A stretch of DNA of 64,000 bases from the NCBI RefSeq assembly GCF_016433145.1, contig NC_058135.1, positions 298,610,694-298,674,693 on the forward strand. The letters run 5' to 3'. Position 1 is the first letter of the stretch, and each line of letters starts with the position of its first letter. Below the pieces are notes generated by a model. The model did no database searches, was not told where the DNA came from, and was given only the letters and a program-made list of their open reading frames with translations. This document shows, in pieces, positions 21,201-33,559 of this stretch. Position numbers and translations under genes: made by a program. The stretch is from Gracilinanus agilis (lineage: Eukaryota).

Positions 21201-24200
21201 TCTCTCTGTGTGTCTCCCAAGGGGGCTGAGCAGGATGTCCAAATCGTCTTTGAGTCCGACAGTTTCCCGCTGGTGGAGCTGGGGCAGCACCAGGTGAGTT
21301 CTGACCTGGGAATCCCCCGGCCCGGCCCAGGGGGCCAGATGGGAGGACCCGTGGAGAGGGCCCTGGGCTGGAGTCAGGAAGGCCAGGCTCGCTGGGAGAG
21401 GCTGGGCACGTGGCTTCCTTTCCACGTGCCTCCATTTCCCCAGTGTAGAATCACGCTAAGAACAGTGCTGGCCTCCAGGCTGCCGTCCATAAAGTGCCCG
21501 GTATACAGGAGGTGCTTACTAGATGTGCGTTCCCCTTCTTTCTTCCCGCTGCCTCCTCCTGCAGGCCGCAGAGGCCTGGGACTTCGTCCTGGTGTCGGAC
21601 CTTCAGAAGACCAACCCCAACCGGGACTATCGCCGGAAGCGATTCCTGGACGAGCTCAAGCGTTCGGGCTTCACCATCAAGGTTGGGCTCCGGGGCGTGG
21701 GGGGTCCCCGGCAGGGAGGGGCGGTAGCGGGGGCGGCCCTTGCCAGCCACACTCACACCGTGCCGCGGCCGGGGCTGCCGCTCTGCCCCCCTCCCCCAAG
21801 GAAATCGAAGACAGGAAGAAGATGTTCTACGGCATCAGGGCTCACAGCAGGATCTTCAGCCAATACGGGTTGCTGCTGAAGGAGACCAGCTGCGCCCCCC
21901 CCAGGGCCCTGCCGCGGGGGCCCGTGTACCCCGTCACCGACCGGTGAGCCAGCCCGGAGGGCCAGAGAAGAGCCTGCTCGGGGGCTTGCTGGCAGTGGGG
22001 GAGAGACAGGAAGAGGTGGGGACCCCCGGGGGGCCCTCAGGAGGCTCCCCCTGAAGCTGGGAAATGGCAGACTCCCTCGTGTGGGCCTTCTGGAGGGTTC
22101 CCGAGCGCCGCCTCCTCTCCATTTCAGGATTCGCATCGTCTACTTCGTCCTGCGGAAGAAGGAGGTAGACGGGGGTAAGGCGTGCCAGCTGTGGCCCCGC
22201 ACGTCCCGGTGCCTCCCCAGAGGGCTGAGGAAGGAGGGCCGGGGCCGGGTGTGGAGTGCGGGTCTCGTTCGGGGCCGTCGGGGGTCCCCCGATCCCTCGG
22301 GCGCCCCCTGAGCCCGACTCGTCTCTCGTAGAGAAGTTCGAAGACCTGATGAGAGACCACGTGTTTGAGGCCATGTTTCCTCTCCACGAGGTAGGGCCGG
22401 GGAGGTCCCGGGGCAGGGCCGGGGGCTGGAGGCGCGGGCGTGGGGTGCTGGGCCAACGTGGCACGACTCCCGTGTCCAGAGGGAAGAGTTTCTGCAGAAT
22501 AACTGGGCCCGCTGGAGCGGCATCTTCCACAAGCAGCCCATTGACAGGATCAGGTACTGGGGTGCTCGGGGGAGGCGAGGGGCTCAGCAGGGGCCCGTCT
22601 GGGGGCCGATGGCCGAGGGAGTCCCGCACGGCCCCCACGCCGCGCCCGGGGCGACCTGCGGGGCTCCCTCTGAGGCCCGGCCTCGCGCCGTGCCACCTGC
22701 AGGGACTACTTCGGGGAGAAGGTGGCCTTGTACTTTGCCTGGCTGGGCTGGTACACCGTGATGCTGGTGCCCGCGGCCGGGGCCGGGCTCCTCGTCTTCC
22801 TCAGCGGCTTCTCCCTCTTTGACGCCAGCCAGATCAGGTGGGAGACGAGGCCGGGCGGACGAGGGGGGCGGCGCGGGGCGGCTGGCCGGGAGGGCTCCGC
22901 GGGACCCTCACTGTCCCCGCCTCCCGCCCGCCCCTAGCAAAGAGGTCTGCGAGGCCAGAGACGTCATCATGTGCCCGCTGCAAGACCACCAGCGCAAGTA
23001 CTGGAGACTGTCGGAGATCTGTACCTTCGCCAAGGTACCCGCGGGGCCCTGCCCGGGCACAGTGCGAGCGTCGAGACGGAGGCCTCGATGCCCCTTCTCT
23101 GGCGGGGGGCCCCGGGGGCGGCGTGTCCCCCTGCCAGCGGCTCGGCGCCTCTCTCCCGCAGCTCACCCACCTCTTTGACAACGAGGGCACCGTGTTCATC
23201 GCCATCTTCATGGCCCTGTGGGGTGAGTGACGTCTCCTGCCGGCCTGAGACGAGGGGGGCCCCGGCCCCGCCCCCCCTCACGTCCCCTCCCTTCCCCAAC
23301 AGCCACCGTGTTTCTGGAGTTCTGGAAGCGGGAACGGGCCCGGACGGCCTCCAGCTGGAACCTCTACGGGTGGGACGAGGACCAGGTGAGGCCCCGGGGC
23401 CGGGCCCCACCGGCCCGGCAGGGCGAGCCCCTCGGCTGGGCGGCCGTCGCCAGTCTGTCTGTCTGTCTGTCCGTCTGCCTGTCCGCAGGAGGAGCTGGCC
23501 CTGGAGCTGATCAACAACCCGGCCTACCAGCTGCAGAAGCACCAGCACTCCTACCTGCACAGCAGCGCCATCCTCATCTTCTCCCTGGTCATGGTACCGG
23601 GCCGCCCGGGGGCAGGGCTGGGGGGGGCGGGGGGGCAGGGCTGGGGGGGCCGCCCGGGGGCGGGGCTCATCCTGCCGCCCCCCCAGATCTGCCTGATGAT
23701 CGGCATGGCCCACGTCCTGGTGGTCTACCGCGTCATGGCCACCTTCCTGTTCAGCCACTCGGCCCTGCCCTTCCTGGNNNNNNNNNNNNNNNNNNNNNNN
23801 NNNNNNNNNNNNNNNNNNNNNNNNNNNNNNNNNNNNNNNNNNNNNNNNNNNNNNNNNNNNNNNNNNNNNNNNNNNNNNNNNNNNNNNNNNNNNNNNNNNN
23901 NNNNNNNNNNNNNNNNNNNNNNNNNNNNNNNNNNNNNNNNNNNNNNNNNNNNNNNNNGGGGGGGGGTGGCAGGCCCCGGCTGAGCCCACCCTGCACTTCC
24001 CCAGGTGAACCGGAAGGTGGCTTTGAAGCTGTGCGACTTTGGTGAGCCTGCGGGGGAGCTCGGGGGAGGGGGGAGGCCGGGCCCTCCTCCTCCTGCTGCT
24101 GCCAGTCCTCAGGCCTGGGCCCGGCTCCCTCCTCTTCCTCCCAGAGAAGCCGCGGACCTTCTCGGAGCGGGAGAGCAACTTCACCATCAAGTTCTTCACG

Positions 24201-26429
24201 TTCCAGTTCTTCGCCCACTTCTCTTCCCTCTTCTACGTCGCCTTCTTCCTGGGCAGGTGAGGCCGGGCCAGCCCCGCCGGGTCCTCCGGGCCGCGCCTGC
24301 GAGCTCGGCCCTTCTCTGCCCCCACCATCTCGCCTCTCCTCTCTCCAGGATAAACGGGCACCCGGGGAACCAAGTCCGGATCGGTGGCCAGTGGAGGCTG
24401 GAAGAGGTCAGTCGGGGCCCCGGCCTCCTCCTCGTCCCTCCCCTCCGTGGGCTGAGCACCGGCTTCGGGGGACGGACGACGAGGGCCCGAGGAGAGCCGG
24501 AGGGTGGGCTGCTCCCCCGTGGCCCGCGGGGACCCAGGCAGAGAGCGAGGCCCACGGGAGGGGGAGGCGGGCGGCCCGGCCTGAAGGCTGCCCCCTGCCT
24601 CCGCCCAGTGCCACCCGAGCGGCTGCATGATGGACTTGTTTGTGCAAATGGCCATCATCATGGGCCTGAAGCAGACCCTCAGCAACTGCGTGGAGTACCT
24701 GAGCCCGTGAGTGGCCACACGGGGGGCCGCCCCCTCCCCCCTGACCCCGGGGCTGCCCAGGGCCCCCCCCGGCACCCCACTCTCCCTGGGGACCCTCCCG
24801 TGGGACCCCGACACCTGCCCCCCCCCAGGTGGCTGAAGCACCGCTTCAGGAGGGTCCGAGAGTGCCCCCAGGCCAGGAGGCTGCGAGAGCCGGCCCTGGA
24901 GGAATGGCTGCACGACTACTGCCTCAACGAGGTCAACGTCTTCAGCCTGTTTGACGAGTTCATGGAGATGAGTGCGTCGGGGTGCCGGGGTGGGGCGGGG
25001 GGGCCGGGAGAGCATCCGAGGAGGCCGAGCTCACGGCGCCGTTGCCCGGGCGGTCCACAGTGATCCAGTACGGCTTCACCACCATCTTCGTGGCGGCCTT
25101 CCCTCTGGCCCCGCTCCTGGCGCTCTTTAGCAACCTCATCGAGATCCGCCTGGACGCCATCAAGATGGTGCGGCTCCAGCGCCGCCTGGTACCGCGGAAG
25201 GCCAAGGACATCGGTGAGGGCGCGAGCCGGCCGGGAAGGGGGGGACCCGGCGCCGGGCAGCCCCTGACCCGCCCGCCCCCCCCAGGGACCTGGCTGCAGG
25301 TGCTCGAGGCCATCGGGGTGCTGGCGGTCATCGCCAACGGGATGATCATCGCCTTCACGTCGGAGTTCATCCCGCGGCTCGTGTACAAGTACCTGTACGG
25401 GCCGTGCAGCAGGGCGGGCAACGTGACGGCCGAGTGAGCGGGGCCGGGGCTGTTCTGGGGGGAGCCCGGGGGGGCCTGGGGGGCCAGCTCAGCCCATGGC
25501 CCACGGCGGGGACTCCTTTGCTCAGCAGAGATCCCGATCTGCAGCCTCTGGGTCGCCATCCTGGCGTGCTGCTCATGCAGCCGGCTTGATGGGGGGGGGG
25601 GGGGACACACGACCTGGTTTGCCCTTCCGGCCCCCGGAGCGGGCCAGGGCATGACCGGGGCTCCCCCCGCCTCTCCCCGCAGCTGTCTGACCGGATACAT
25701 CAACCACAGCCTCTCCGTGTTCCACACCACAGACTACAAGGACCAGGTTCCGAGCCTGGGACTAGAGAACGTGACCGAGTGCAGGTACGCAGCCCCTCTG
25801 CCGCCCCCTCCGCCCGCCTGCTGCCCTCGGCGGGCCTCGGGGGGGTGCGAGGCCTGGCATCCTTCCTCTGCGAAAGCGGGCGCTGTCCCCGCAGAGGCGA
25901 GGAGGCTGGGACGACAGCGTCGGGAACGCAGGTGACGGAGGGGTGTGCCCGGGCCCCCTGGGTCCCCCTCGGCCCTTCTCTCTCTCCCAGGTACCGGGAC
26001 TACCGAGACCAGGTGGAATACAAGCTCTCGGCCCACTTCTGGTTTCTCCTGGCCTGCAGGCTGGCCTTCGTCATTCTCTTTGAGGTGAGGTGGGGCTCCG
26101 GGGCAAGGGGGGGAGTCCCCGGGAGGCCTGGGAAGCCTGGGGGGGCCCTGACATGCCCCTCCCTCCCTCCCTCAGCACGTGGCCCTGTGCGGGAAGCTCA
26201 TCGCCGCCTGGTTCGTCCCGGATGTCCCCCAGTCGGTGAAAAACAAAGTCCTGGAGGAAAAATTTGAGAATCTCTGTGAGAAACTGCGGTAGGAGAGGGG
26301 GCCCCTCCCTTGGGGGAGGGGGGCCCAAATGTGAGAGCCCCTCCCCCTGCCAGTGTCCGACCTCTCGTCTCCCCCTCCCTCCCCTCTTCTGTCCTCCTCA
26401 GCCTTAGCTCGAGAGTCACCGACGTGTAA
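18286..26429 (+). CDS. ANO9: Anoctamin-9 (TMEM16J), 24 coding exons, about 750 aa; exon 13 runs into a 180-N gap
   Basis: Exons 18286-18291 (MQ), 21222-21293, 21565-21681, 21801-21943, 22128-22174, 22332-22390, 22480-22553, 22703-22837, 22938-23034, 23162-23222, 23303-23385, 23489-23593, 23687-(gap), 24005-24041, 24145-24256, 24349-24406, 24609-24706, 24829-24971, 25061-25213, 25286-25433, 25683-25784, 25991-26084, 26176-26288, 26402-26429. Anoctamin motifs present: [51 protein letters not shown]. The protein ends TDV. Confidence 0.95.
23778..23957. other. 180-N gap inside ANO9 exon 13/intron 13
   Basis: N run followed by poly-G. Confidence 0.95.
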
Positions 26430-26587
26430 AGGCCGCAACAAGGGTCAAAAGCACCTAAAGGTGCCCGAAGCAGCCACTGCCCGCTGCGGATGCCGTACGA
26501 GCTCGTGAAGCCTCCCCTTGGGGGCCTGGGAAATGGGCCAGCGATGGGGAGGCTGCAGAAACCCTCTTCTGTTCTCCCTCTGGGGAT

Positions 26588-26593
26588 AATAAA
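26588..26593 (+). terminator. ANO9 polyadenylation signal AATAAA
   Basis: AATAAA about 160 nt after the stop. Confidence 0.75.
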
Positions 26594-26859
26594 GCCATTT
26601 TTCAAAGCCTGGTTCCACGTGCGAGGAGGAGTAGCCGCCACATTCCCAGAGCAGGGCCGGCTCGGGCTCCCCTCCGAGTCAGGGGGGGCCCATTGCCTGG
26701 GTTCTCCCCATTTATTCAGGCCGGGCCGCCCTCTGGTGGTGCCCAGGGCCACGTGGGCTCCGCTAGTCTAGAAGCAGAGGCCCGGCTTGGGCCCGAAGTC
26801 TGGCCTCTCATCCAGGGGGACCTCTGGGGGAGCCCCTGTTTATGGAGGGCATTGAAGGG

Positions 26860-28135
26860 GGGCGGGAAGATGGCGGCCCGGCCCGGAGGACGGAGCCTGG
26901 GCTCCGGCCCTTCTTCCGGCGGGCCTGTGGCAGGTGCCAGCCATGCCACGCCCGCGGAGATCGCGCGGAAAGTGGCCTTCGGCGGCCATCTTGGCCAGCT
27001 CCTACCAGTCGCGGCCTCCAGACTGAGTGGGCCGCCAGGTGGCGCCCTAGGACGCGGGAAAGTGACCCCGGCCAGTCCCGGGGCCAGTCGGCCTCAGCTT
27101 CTTCCTTTGGCGAACGGGCGGAAGGATCCGGCAAAGCCCAAATGGGGTGCCGGGCCCCGCCAGGTCCTTCCACGAAGCAGGGGCAGCCCTTCGCGGTAGT
27201 GCTCTGGCGGGGGCCTCGGGCACGAGGTCGCCCCGGGGCTGCCTCTGGTCCCTCGAGGAGCTTCCGGTCTGATGGGGGATCTAAGCGGGGCGGGCTCTGC
27301 TGCTCTTCTCTCGGCCCCTCAGGCTGGCAGGTGCGGAGCGTCGAGTCATCGATCTCCACCAATGGGGAGAGGCCCACGCCAAGGCCTCCAGAGGCGGCGC
27401 CCCAGAGCGCTTTACAAGGAGGGCCTCCTGGAGCCTTTGCTCTTCTTCGCGTTTTACAGAAGGGGAAATTGAGGCAGAGGGGACGTGACTCGCCCGGGGG
27501 CTACGACGCACGCAGGGAGGAAAACTCCTACGCGGGGGGGGGCGGGGGGGCCTTCCTGTGGGCCTGCCGGAAGCGGGTCTCGAAGGAAGGAATGGCTTTA
27601 GCGGGCAGGAATGCCCGCGTGTCTGGGAAGGGGAGGCTTCCGGAGGGGCTGATCGTGCTGCCTCTCCTGGACGGGCCGGGAAGTACGCGGGCCTACTGGG
27701 CGGGGGGACGGTAAGGCGGCCAGTCTGGCTGTTTGGGGCAGCCCAAGAAGGCTGCCTTTGCTTCTGGGGGTAATAGGGAGCCACTGGAGCCCGAGCAGGG
27801 GGGAGAGCGCAGTGCCTAGGCACTCCCTACCCAGCATCCCTGAGGGGCCCCGGAGCGAGCTCACGGCCGATCTCCCTGGGAGCTGCTTCCTGGCCGGGTG
27901 ACCCTGGACACGTCACCTGACCCTCGCCCGCCCGCAGAGCCGGCGCCCATGGAGGAACTGTTCGGGCTTCTCGGAGCCCCCTCCCCGGGGGCGGGGGGAG
28001 GGGCAGGTCCTTCTCCAGTCAGTCTGCCCGGGGCCTGCCCCTCCCCCTCTCGGGGCCAGGGGGAGGGCGGGAGGGCGGAGCCGCACCTGCCGCCGCTGCG
28101 CCGCGGGCCGCCGCCTCTGCCGCGCACCTGTCCAG
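26860..28135 (+). promoter_or_regulatory. CpG-island promoter region and probable non-coding first exon(s) of SIGIRR
   Basis: CpG-dense. YY1-like aagatggcggc near 26868 and ETS-like ccggaag near 27567. Plus-strand donors gacg|gtaagg (27711) and ccag|gtgagg (28136). Confidence 0.55.
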
Positions 28136-29111
28136 GTGAGGAGGCCGCAGCCGCCCGCCCTCTAGGCCGGCCCAACCCGGGGAAGAGGGACCTGGGGGGA
28201 ACCATGAGGCGGACTCCGGGACTCAGGTCTGGACCCCGACCCGGGGGGAGCGGAGCCGTCGGGCCCGGGCCCTGGGCCTGGGGGGAGGCAGCTCGGGGAG
28301 CTTCCTGCCTGCGCCTCCCCTCCCCCTCCGCCTCCGCGGCCCCCGCCCCGAGGAAGGGAACCGAGGGGGGAGGAAGGGCCCGGGCCGGAAACCGCCGGGG
28401 CCACCTTGTTGATTGGGCCTGGAAGCCGCGGGGGCTGTGAGGATCTCTCTGCGCTCCCCCTTCCGGGAGGGAAAGCAGGCCCGCCTCCGAGCCTCCGCGC
28501 CTCCCTCCCCCGACCCCCTCCTTGTCGGGCCTGCCGGCCTTCGGGGGGCCTCCCGGGGTGGGGGCTGCTGGGAGGTTGGCTTCCGTGCGGGGCCTCGTCC
28601 CGCTCAGGCTGGGGGCCTGCTGGCTGCCCGGTGCCAGCGATGGGGTTAATAGGGCCTGGGTGGGGTTTCCACCGAGGAAAGGATGTGAGCTCGGGGCCAG
28701 GAAGCCGGCCGCAGGGCTCCAGGGCTGCCATTGTGTGCTCTGGAGCTCTCGGAACCCAAACGAGCTCCTGGCGCTTCCGGTGGGTGCCCGGCGGGTGCCA
28801 GGCTGGGGGCAGGGCCCGAAGCAGCAGCCACCGCCACCCCCAGGCTGGCAGAAGGCCACGGCGGGCCGCCACCGGAGCCGGTGCCCAAATGCCCCGAGGC
28901 TGGGCCTGAGCGGCTCGGGCCTGGCGGAGGGAGGGAGGTGCAGAGGTCGCACTGGGTTACCCTTTAACCGGGCCGTGCTCGCCCCTTTCTCTGCCTCCGT
29001 AGTGCCTGCCGCGGCCCCTGACCGGCCCAGGACGAGCAACCAGAGCGGCCAGACAGGAAAGAGCGCAGCCGGCTCTGCCCACGGGGCTTCCTCTGGGCCT
29101 CCCCAGAGGCC

Positions 29112-32100
29112 ATGGCAGGTACCAGGGAGTCCTGGGAGGCCGACTTTACCCAGGAAAAGGAGGGGGTCTTCCCATTCCAGCGCTGGTGCCCTGCTGCGGC
29201 CCTGGGGGAGGAGGGAGGCTCCCGGGCCTAGAGAACCACTTCCGGCCAGGCTGTGGTTGGCTGAGGAGGAAGAGCTGCCTCCCCCCACTCACCCCCCCCA
29301 ACCCCCAGCCCGCAGAGCTCATCCTCGTTTTAGAGCTGGGTACCCAGAGAAGTGCCAGCCAAAGCCACGCGGCAAGGTAGAGGCAGAGGCGGGCCCAGGG
29401 CCCTGCCACAGGCCCATGGATCTCCAGCCCACCCCTGGCCTCGGTTTCCCTTACCCATCCAGTGCGGGCCTTGGGCCGCATGATGTCCGAGGGCCTGTCC
29501 AGGTTGAGGTCCGAGGGGTCTTGTGAGCTGTCACAGACGAGCCCCAGGGATGACGGCCGGCGGCGCCCCAGCCTCGCTCTGTCGGGGGAGAAGCAGCCGC
29601 CCCGCCGCCAGGCCCACTAAGCGCCAGGCTTCCCCTGCAGACCTCTGCACCGCGGCCCCCGCCATCCTGACCCCCAGGGAGGAGCAGGTCCTGGGGCCTG
29701 CCCTGGGCAGCAGGATTGCTCTCAACTGCACGTTCTCGGTGGCCTTCGAGGCCCGCTGCCCCCCCACCGTCCAGTGGCTGAAGGACGGCCACCCGCTCGT
29801 GAATCACAGCCTCTATGACATTCAGGAAGTCTTCTGGTGAGGATGCTGAGCCCGAGGGGGCCAGAGACCAAGCCCGGGGGAGGAGGAGGGGCGCCACCCC
29901 CGGGCCAGGGGCACCCTGGGACCCCCCACGAGTCTGAATTCCAAGGCTCCAGAGGAAGGGGGCTGCTTCGTGGGATCCTGAACCTCAGGAGGCCACGGAC
30001 AGACCACCTGGGGGGGAGGGGATGGACGCTGGAAGGGGGACATGTCCGAGGAAATCGGGGCGGAGCCAGGACCCCCCTATCCCCTCGCCATCTTCGGCTT
30101 CCTGCCCATCCCAGCTGCTGTGGGAGCCAAGGCAAGGCAGGCTCCCTCCCTGCAGCCCCCTCCCCAGGGACTCAGAGCTGTGGGCTCCTCCCCGGGGTCT
30201 CCTCAGGGGCGGAGCTAATGCGTCCCAAGGCTTCGTGTCCAGCGTCCTGGAGGCCAACGTGACGAGCGTCCAGGACTTCGGCACCCTGAGCTGCTCCCTC
30301 CGCAACCTCAGCGCCCACTTCACGCTGCAGAAGACGGGTATGGCCCGGCCTGGCTGGGAGGGCCCACCGCGGCGCTGCCTCGCGGGCGCCCAGCTCCAGG
30401 ACGGCCCCTTGTCCCCCCCGCAGACCCTGCCGGCCACATCCTGGCCGTTCTCGCCTCCCTCCTCGTCCTGCTCGTCCTGCTGGTGGCGGCTCTGCTCTAC
30501 GTGAAATGTCGGCTTGGCGTGCTGCTCTGGTACCGAGACAAGTACGGGGACGTGGAGATGAACGGTGAGCAGCGGGCCGGGGCCGGGCGGGCAGAGACAG
30601 AATGGCCTTCCCTGGATGGGGGTCAGGAAGATCCGAGCTCCGATCTCAGACCCTTACTAGCTGTGTGACCCTGAGCAAGTCACTTCGCCTTTGTCTACCT
30701 CGGTTTCCTTAAGTGTAAAAGCACGCGCCTCCCAGGGTTGTCGTGAGGCTCAAATGAACGAAATGGTATTTGTAAAGGCCTGGCACGGCGTCTGTCTGTC
30801 TGTCTGTAGAGGGCATTTGATGGATTCTCGCTTCTTCCCTCCCTCCCTCCCTCCCTCCCCGCCACGCTCAGATGGGAAACTCTACGACGCCTACGTCTCT
30901 TACACCTGCTCTCCGGAGGACAGGAAGTTTGTGAACTTCATCCTGAAACCCCAGCTGGAGAATCGCCACGGCTACAAGCTCCTCCTCGACGACACAGACG
31001 TCCTCCCCAACTCAGGTACGGGCCGAGGGCAGAAGGGGCTGCCCGGAGCAGCTTTGCCTCCTCTAAGCCATCTCAGTCCCTCCTCCAGAGCTCCCCCTCC
31101 CCTCCCCCCCCCCCCCGGGCCTTCTGGGATGGGCTCCCGCGATGGGGCTTCTCCGGGCTCTCCCTTCCCCTCGTCCCCCCAGAGCCCTCCGCAGATCTGA
31201 TCATGAGTCTTAGCCGGTGCCGCCGCCTTATTGTGGTTCTCTCGGACACCTTCCTGGCCCAGGCCTGGTGCAGACACAACTTCAGGTACCCGCTGGGAGA
31301 GCCGAGTGGGCGAGCGGGTGTGTGGGCAGCGCGGGGCTCTGGAGCTCAGGGTCTCCCTCTGGCTGCTCCAGGGAAGGCCTGTGGAGACTCCTCGAACTGT
31401 CCCGAAAGCCCATCTTCATCACGTTCGAGGGCCAGACCCGGAACCCCTCCCACCCCGCTCTCCGCCTGCTTCGGCAGCACCGCCACGTCGTGACTCTGCT
31501 GCTGTGGAGGCCGGGCTCTGTGGTAGGAGGGGGAGGGGAGGGGTGGGGAGGGGACCCCGTGGCCCGTGCACTGGCCTCCATGCGCACAACATGTGTCCGT
31601 GGTAGGTGTGTTACACGCTTACCCGGTGGATTTGGGCCATGAGGCTGGTTGTCACAGTCGATGCCCAGAAATCTCACATTTGTACCCCCCTAGAGGCTGG
31701 GTCAGGTGGCTCAGTGGAGTCTGGAAGACTCATCTTCCCGAGTTCAAATCTGGACTCGGATCCTTCCTAGCGTTGTGACCCTGGGCAAGTCACTCAACCC
31801 CTTTGCCTCAGTTTCCTCATCTGTAAAAATGCGCTGGAGAAGGCAAGGGCAAAGCCTCCAGCCCAGCGGGGTCCTGAAGAGTCCCACGTGAGTGGCTGCC
31901 GAGCAGGGGCTGAAGCACTCCTGGTCTCCCTGCAGACGCCCTCCTCTGACTTTTGGAAGGAACTGCGCCTAGCCCTGCCCCGAAAGGTGCATTACAGGGC
32001 CCTGATGGGCGATCCCCAGACCCAGCTGCAGGAGGACAAGGACCCTATGCTGACGCTCCACGGTGGCTTCCTGGAGGGCAGGCCTGGCCCCGACCCGGAC

Positions 32101-32555
32101 CCAGACCCGGACCCTGAAGGAGACCTGGGTGAGAGCCTCTCCTGGGCACTTGGGCCTTCAGACGAGCCAGAGGAGGGGCCACTGGGGCGAATGGGAGGAA
32201 GGTGTCTTCAGCGCCAGGGTCTGATTGCCACACACACACACACACACACACTGGCCCACTTCGGGGTCCCACACCTGCACACGGCGGTTCTTCTGCCCAC
32301 TTCCCCGAGCCCTCTGGGCCCGGCTCGCTGCCCGCGGCTCCTCTCTCCTTGACCTGGACTCTCTCCACAGGTGTCAGGGGGCCCATCTTTAAAGACCTCC
32401 CCCCTCCACGCATGACCCCAGGCCCTGCACTGCCCAGCCTTCAGGCTTCTCGCGGGGAGTGCCAGCGGAATGAAATCGATGTCTCTGACCTGGGCTCCCG
32501 CAACTACGGCGCCCGCACTGACTTTTATTGCCTGGTCACTGAGGACGACGTGTAG
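29112..32555 (+). CDS. SIGIRR: Single Ig IL-1-related receptor (IL1R8/TIR8), intact
   Basis: Exons 29112-29118, 29641-29836, 30207-30337, 30424-30564, 30872-31015, 31183-31285, 31372-31522, 31936-32128, 32371-32555, all phase-consistent. Features: Ig domain (LNCT...WLKDG...LSCS), TM helix, TIR domain ([10 protein letters not shown]...[12 protein letters not shown]) and tail [25 protein letters not shown]. Confidence 0.96.
30620..30800 (+). mobile_element. MIR/core-SINE in SIGIRR intron
   Basis: ggtcaggaagatccgagctcc...ttactagctgtgtgaccctgagcaagtcacttcgcc...ggttgtcgtgaggctcaaatga. Confidence 0.8.
31690..31895 (+). mobile_element. Mar1-type SINE in SIGIRR intron
   Basis: ggtggctcagtgg...gagttcaaatctgg...gtgaccctgggcaagtcactcaacc...cctcagtttcctcatctgtaaaa...ctggagaaggc...gaagagtc. 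Confidence 0.8.
32229..32250 (+). repeat. (CA)11 microsatellite
   Basis: Direct read. Confidence 0.9.
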
Positions 32556-32859
32556 GCCGCCCGGGACTTCCCAGGCCTGGCCAGTGGAGAGCAGAGGCCC
32601 GCCCTCATCCCTCTCAATCACACTTCCGCCATTTCCTGGAGCCAGTCAGGGCCCCTCACTCTCCTGGCCTCAGTTTCTTCTGCTGTAAAATGAGATGGGA
32701 CCCCTCAAGTTTCTTGCAGCTTGAAATCGGGAATCCTCTTTGCTTGACCTCCTGAGAATCTCAGGCTCTGTCCCTGGGAATGGGGCCACAGAGAGCCCAC
32801 AGGATGGTTCGGTCTGGGGTCCTCGAACCCAGGGCTTCATCCTGTTCCTGTTTTCTCAC

Positions 32860-32865
32860 AATAAA
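32860..32865 (+). terminator. SIGIRR polyadenylation signal AATAAA
   Basis: First AATAAA seen after the SIGIRR stop. Confidence 0.7.
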
Positions 32866-33087
32866 GTGAAAATTCCTATATTTGGACTTAAGCATTGGCT
32901 CTTGCTGGAGGGGGAGGGGGGAGGGGCATAGCCACCATATATCACTGAAGCTGAGATTCCACAGTGGAAGCTCTGACTTCCAGGACAATGATGGGGGGCT
33001 GCATCTCATGCGGGCCCTCACCAAGCCCAGCTTCTTCCAGTGAGTCCCAGAGAATGCAAAACAGACACCTACCAGACCAATGCCTCC

Positions 33088-33093
33088 TTTATT
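33088..33093 (-). terminator. PKP3 polyadenylation signal AATAAA
   Basis: tttatt on the plus strand, about 470 nt past the PKP3 stop, convergent with SIGIRR. Confidence 0.65.
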
Positions 33094-33559
33094 GTGCCAG
33101 CCCCAGCCCCCCCAGCCCCTCAACCCGTCGTGACTGCATGTGCTTGTCCGGCTGCTTCCAGCCACTTCCCTTATCAAGCATCGGATGAGGCCCTGGGGGA
33201 CGAGGGGGCCACAGCAGCAGCGGCCCCCTGAAACACCAAAGGATTCCCAAGCATCCCCACACCCAGAAGCCAGGGGCTCTTGCCCCGTCTTGATAGCCAG
33301 GCTCACCCTGAAGCCCCAAAGTTCCCTCAAGTCCAGGACCTGTTCTTGGTGCCTGCCCATCCTGTAAGCAGTCAGCCTGCTTTTGTGCTCCACCCAAGAT
33401 GGCAGTGCCAGGGGCCAAGAGGCCAGACCGGGCCAGGCCCAAGGAGATGGGGCCAGGAGCCATGAGGCCAGGGCAGAGCCAAGCCAAGACGGTCCCATGC
33501 AGCTTTGGGGGGGGTCATTCATTAGCCCCCCCCAATAGAACTCTTCCTCTTCAGATTGT

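Noticed and set aside
32085-32115. (DP)4 repeat in the SIGIRR tail
   Set aside because: A minor expansion of the DPDPE already present in human, in a disordered region.
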